Shown: positions 61,286 through 64,000 of the stretch, in pieces
Layout: each line of letters opens with the position of its first letter
How positions within the stretch are numbered: position 1 is the first letter of the stretch
Made by a program: the position numbers and the translations under genes
The notes under the pieces: model-generated
Database searches by the model: none
What the model was told of the DNA's origin: nothing
The model's input: only the letters and a program-made list of their open reading frames with translations
Assembly: GCA_965140415.1 (NCBI GenBank)
Contig: OZ223209.1
Location: 4,128,001 to 4,192,000 of the forward strand
Direction of reading: 5' to 3'
DNA from: Myxococcota bacterium
GTDB lineage: Bacteria > Myxococcota_A > SURF-8
DNA: 64,000 bases

Positions 61286-61660
61286 ATGAAACGTTTTGTA
61301 ATCAGCATGCTGGTTCTGTTTTTTTTATGCTGTGGGTTAGTCCTTCCGGCTCAAGCCAAAGTACGTGAATCTATTAGTGAAAACTATGATAACATCTGGA
61401 GTGCAGCGGTACGCTTTATCCGGGTGGATAAAGACTGGAAAATTCTGGACAAGGATAAAGATGCCGGATTTATTGTGTTTATGTATACCTCAGAGCAGGG
61501 AGAAGCCTCTCGCGCCTCCATCGAACTGATGAAAGACGCCGACAACCCAGATAAAGCCAAAGCCGCTTTCGTAATTCAGGTTTCCATTCCCAAATCCAGC
61601 AGTATCCAGGAACGGATGCTCATCACCGATTTGCGTGCAAAGATACGCGAAGAATTTTAA
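61286..61660 (+). CDS. hypothetical secreted protein
   Basis: Strong RBS aggagg, signal peptide AQA. Confidence 0.8.
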   Translation: MKRFVISMLVLFFLCCGLVLPAQAKVRESISENYDNIWSAAVRFIRVDKDWKILDKDKDAGFIVFMYTSEQGEASRASIELMKDADNPDKAKAAFVIQVSIPKSSSIQERMLITDLRAKIREEF

Positions 61661-61669
61661 ACTCTCCGG

Positions 61670-62242
61670 TTATTCCTCAAATTCAGGGATGGGATGATCG
61701 CTCTTCCAGGAAACATCTTTTCGATTTTCCACCGCATTGGCATATCGGGCTGCGGCAAAGAGGAAATCGCTGCCCCGGTTGATGAACGCGCGCACATTCG
61801 TGTCGATTGTCTCTATACGCCCTAAAGCGATTATACGCCGCTCGGCTCGGCGGCAGACCGTGCGAGCGATGTGCAACGCCCCCGCCGCCTGGCATCCTCC
61901 CGGTAGAATGAACTGAGACAGAGGTCCGGTGCGCTGCTCGAAAACGTCGACAGCTCGCTCCAACGCCTGAATATCAGCTTCACTCACACTCATAGGTGCA
62001 AAGTCGCCATCCGGTGGCGTAGCAAGATTGCTTGAACAGTTGAACAAGCGATGCTGGAAGAAATCCAGTGAGCGGTCCAGTAGTGCATCTGAAACCAGCG
62101 AACGAGCCCAGCCAATCGTCGAATTGGTCTCATCCACCGCACCATACGCTTCAACGCGAATAGCATCTTTCGGCACCCGGCGACCGTCTACCAACGATGT
62201 TTCGCCCTTATCCCCTTTGCGCGTGTAGATATTGGACCCCAT
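61670..62242 (-). CDS. PduO-type ATP:cob(I)alamin adenosyltransferase
   Basis: IYTRKGDKGET, YGAVDE, FILPGG, ARTVCRRAER, NRGSD. Confidence 0.93.
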   Translation of the reverse strand: MGSNIYTRKGDKGETSLVDGRRVPKDAIRVEAYGAVDETNSTIGWARSLVSDALLDRSLDFFQHRLFNCSSNLATPPDGDFAPMSVSEADIQALERAVDVFEQRTGPLSQFILPGGCQAAGALHIARTVCRRAERRIIALGRIETIDTNVRAFINRGSDFLFAAARYANAVENRKDVSWKSDHPIPEFEE

Positions 62243-62547
62243 TATCACCTCTCTTCGTTCGACTGAAAGTGTATCGCTTGTGCTAACTTCACCATAGCGC
62301 CGCCAACAAATGGCTGTCAAGCAGTGCATTCCTGCAAAACTGCGGTCACAATCCAACGACAACCTGCAAGAAATTCATAAAAAGCTTAAATCCCTAATCG
62401 AATTGGAGTAGAATACTCAAAGCCATTCAGGCTGATATCCAATTTGTTCGCAGTATATTTTTTAGCGGTGCAAACCGAATTCGCTCCGCAATCGAAATAA
62501 AGCAATAACGAATCGTGTACTTATAACCCATGCGTAAAGGAAAAACC

Positions 62548-64000
62548 ATGTTTAGAGTCATGCCAAGCGTAGCGGCCCTGCTGCTGATCGCTGTCATGGG
62601 CCTGTGTATGCAGTGCGCAGACGTCGATCTGGAGGAAAAAGCCTCCTACAATTATTTCTCTGAATTGATTGCGGTAAACAATGCCGATTGGAACGTCATC
62701 CCCTTACCGAATAATCTGCTGAATCCGGCTTTACAGGCTCAAATCGGGATTTCAATCCCCGGTGTCCCCGAAGCAGAGGAAACTCCGAGCACGATTTCGC
62801 TGCCGACACTCTCTCAGCAAGCTGCCGATTATATTGGTTGCTTGGGATTTAACAGCAACTTCGGTTTCGACGATCCCGTCGCCGATACCTCGTTGACTGG
62901 CGACCTGCTGGCCGGACAGAACCGACTGAGCGGATTCATTCAGGGCTTCATTCCGAAGATCCCGGTCAGTATGCCCCTGGATATGACCAGCATCAAGCGC
63001 TACACCGGCGCGGAAAGCGGACCGGGTAGCGCTGCGGAAGCCAACCTCTTTTTCCTGGACGTAACCGACTGTGTGGGCGATTTGGAAAGCTGCATGGATA
63101 TCTCCAAAGCAGTCCCCTTCCCAACCGAAGATTACAGCGGCGACTACATGGCCTTCAATATCGAAGGGCGCGACAAACCGCCTTATTTTCTGACCCTTCG
63201 CAACCAGCCGCCAGCAGGAGTCATCGGGGGCACGCCACAGGATTTCGAAGATGGCCACACTTACCTGCTGGTATTGACCGGCTACGATGAAAAGGGCATC
63301 AAGAGCCTGCCAGACGAAAATGCGGGCGATGTCGTACATTCACTAAAGCCCGATCCCTATTTCACTCTTATGGCAACCGACCAGCCCTTCCTCATCAACA
63401 CCAGTGCCGAGGGAGAAGAAGAAAACATTGCCATCCTGAACAATCTTATCACCGATCTGACCGATTCCTACGTCAACGATGACGGTGAGACGGTGTATTA
63501 CGTTGAAAACGAAGACGGCGAACGTTGCGTGCCGACTCCGCAGAAAACACGCATGGAACGCGTAATCGAGTTGGAAGGCGCACGACAGATCATCAACTGG
63601 GGTCTGCAAGTCTGGGAAGGTTTGGTTGGCGAGTCACGCAACCGCAACGAAGTGGCAATTGCCTATCACTTCACTATTGCCCAAAATCCGATGGTTCCCT
63701 TGCTGGATGCCGTCGGTATGCTCTACGGCAATAACCCGATGCTGGTCAGTCCAGCCGATTATTTCACTAAAAACAGCTCGGATATCACCAAGGCGGACAC
63801 CGCCACCGATGCCGTCGCCAGTTTCACCATCTCCGATGACGTCGATCTGGACAGCATCAATGGCGACACCGTACAGTTGTTCACGCTTGATAATGGCAGC
63901 GTAAAAACAGTGGCGGCTACCGTTGGCACAAACGTTGCTGATGATGGCACGGTCACGGTTACGGTTACACCGACTTCGGCGCTTTCCAATAACACAACCT
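62548..64000 (+). CDS. large lipoprotein with Ig-like (Big_5-type) domain, runs off the window
   Basis: RBS aaagga; MFRVMPSVAALLLIAVMGLCMQC; IPLPNNLL; open to the end, finishing DLDSINGDTVQL...VTVTPTSALSNNTT. Confidence 0.75.
   Translation, partial: MFRVMPSVAALLLIAVMGLCMQCADVDLEEKASYNYFSELIAVNNADWNVIPLPNNLLNPALQAQIGISIPGVPEAEETPSTISLPTLSQQAADYIGCLGFNSNFGFDDPVADTSLTGDLLAGQNRLSGFIQGFIPKIPVSMPLDMTSIKRYTGAESGPGSAAEANLFFLDVTDCVGDLESCMDISKAVPFPTEDYSGDYMAFNIEGRDKPPYFLTLRNQPPAGVIGGTPQDFEDGHTYLLVLTGYDEKGIKSLPDENAGDVVHSLKPDPYFTLMATDQPFLINTSAEGEEENIAILNNLITDLTDSYVNDDGETVYYVENEDGERCVPTPQKTRMERVIELEGARQIINWGLQVWEGLVGESRNRNEVAIAYHFTIAQNPMVPLLDAVGMLYGNNPMLVSPADYFTKNSSDITKADTATDAVASFTISDDVDLDSINGDTVQLFTLDNGSVKTVAATVGTNVADDGTVTVTVTPTSALSNNTT

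Noticed and set aside
62243-62530. Cobalamin riboswitch upstream of the adenosyltransferase
   Set aside because: Conserved B12-box elements not found by eye on either strand
1-64000. CRISPR array or integron attC array
   Set aside because: No regularly spaced repeat-spacer units and no recurring attC-like palindromes between cargo genes were seen

Overview
Bacterial DNA, probably from a Myxococcota/deltaproteobacterial-type lineage (inferred from MYXO-CTERM-like tails and many Cys-rich lipoproteins). Positions ~1-51.5 kb look like a heavily rearranged accessory region. It runs from a large serine recombinase remnant (161-910) to an att-like tRNA-Thr(CGT) 3' fragment with repeated arms (51220-51509) and contains many gene fragments. 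Its cargo includes: a two-component system divergent from an operon of exported enzymes; a TetR operon (FAD oxidoreductase, GH5, Asp-box propeller); PadR-DoxX-ChrA; an IS5-family element; a GH15-like enzyme; a tandem family of giant modular lipoproteins (Cys-rich + FGE-sulfatase + RCC1 or PQQ-type propellers); and a sigma54-type redox/methyltransferase operon with its double-GAF activator. Beyond 52 kb the genes look more core-like. Best candidates for an undescribed system: (i) a radical SAM/SPASM enzyme directly upstream of a lipoprotein with an extra basic/Tyr N-terminal leader and five 8-Cys repeats (55700-58254); (ii) a DGD-repeat tag next to the membrane anchor of about 15 unrelated exported proteins; (iii) the shuffled PACDWFxWEEPG lipoprotein family. 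All calls come from reading motifs by eye; no database search was run.
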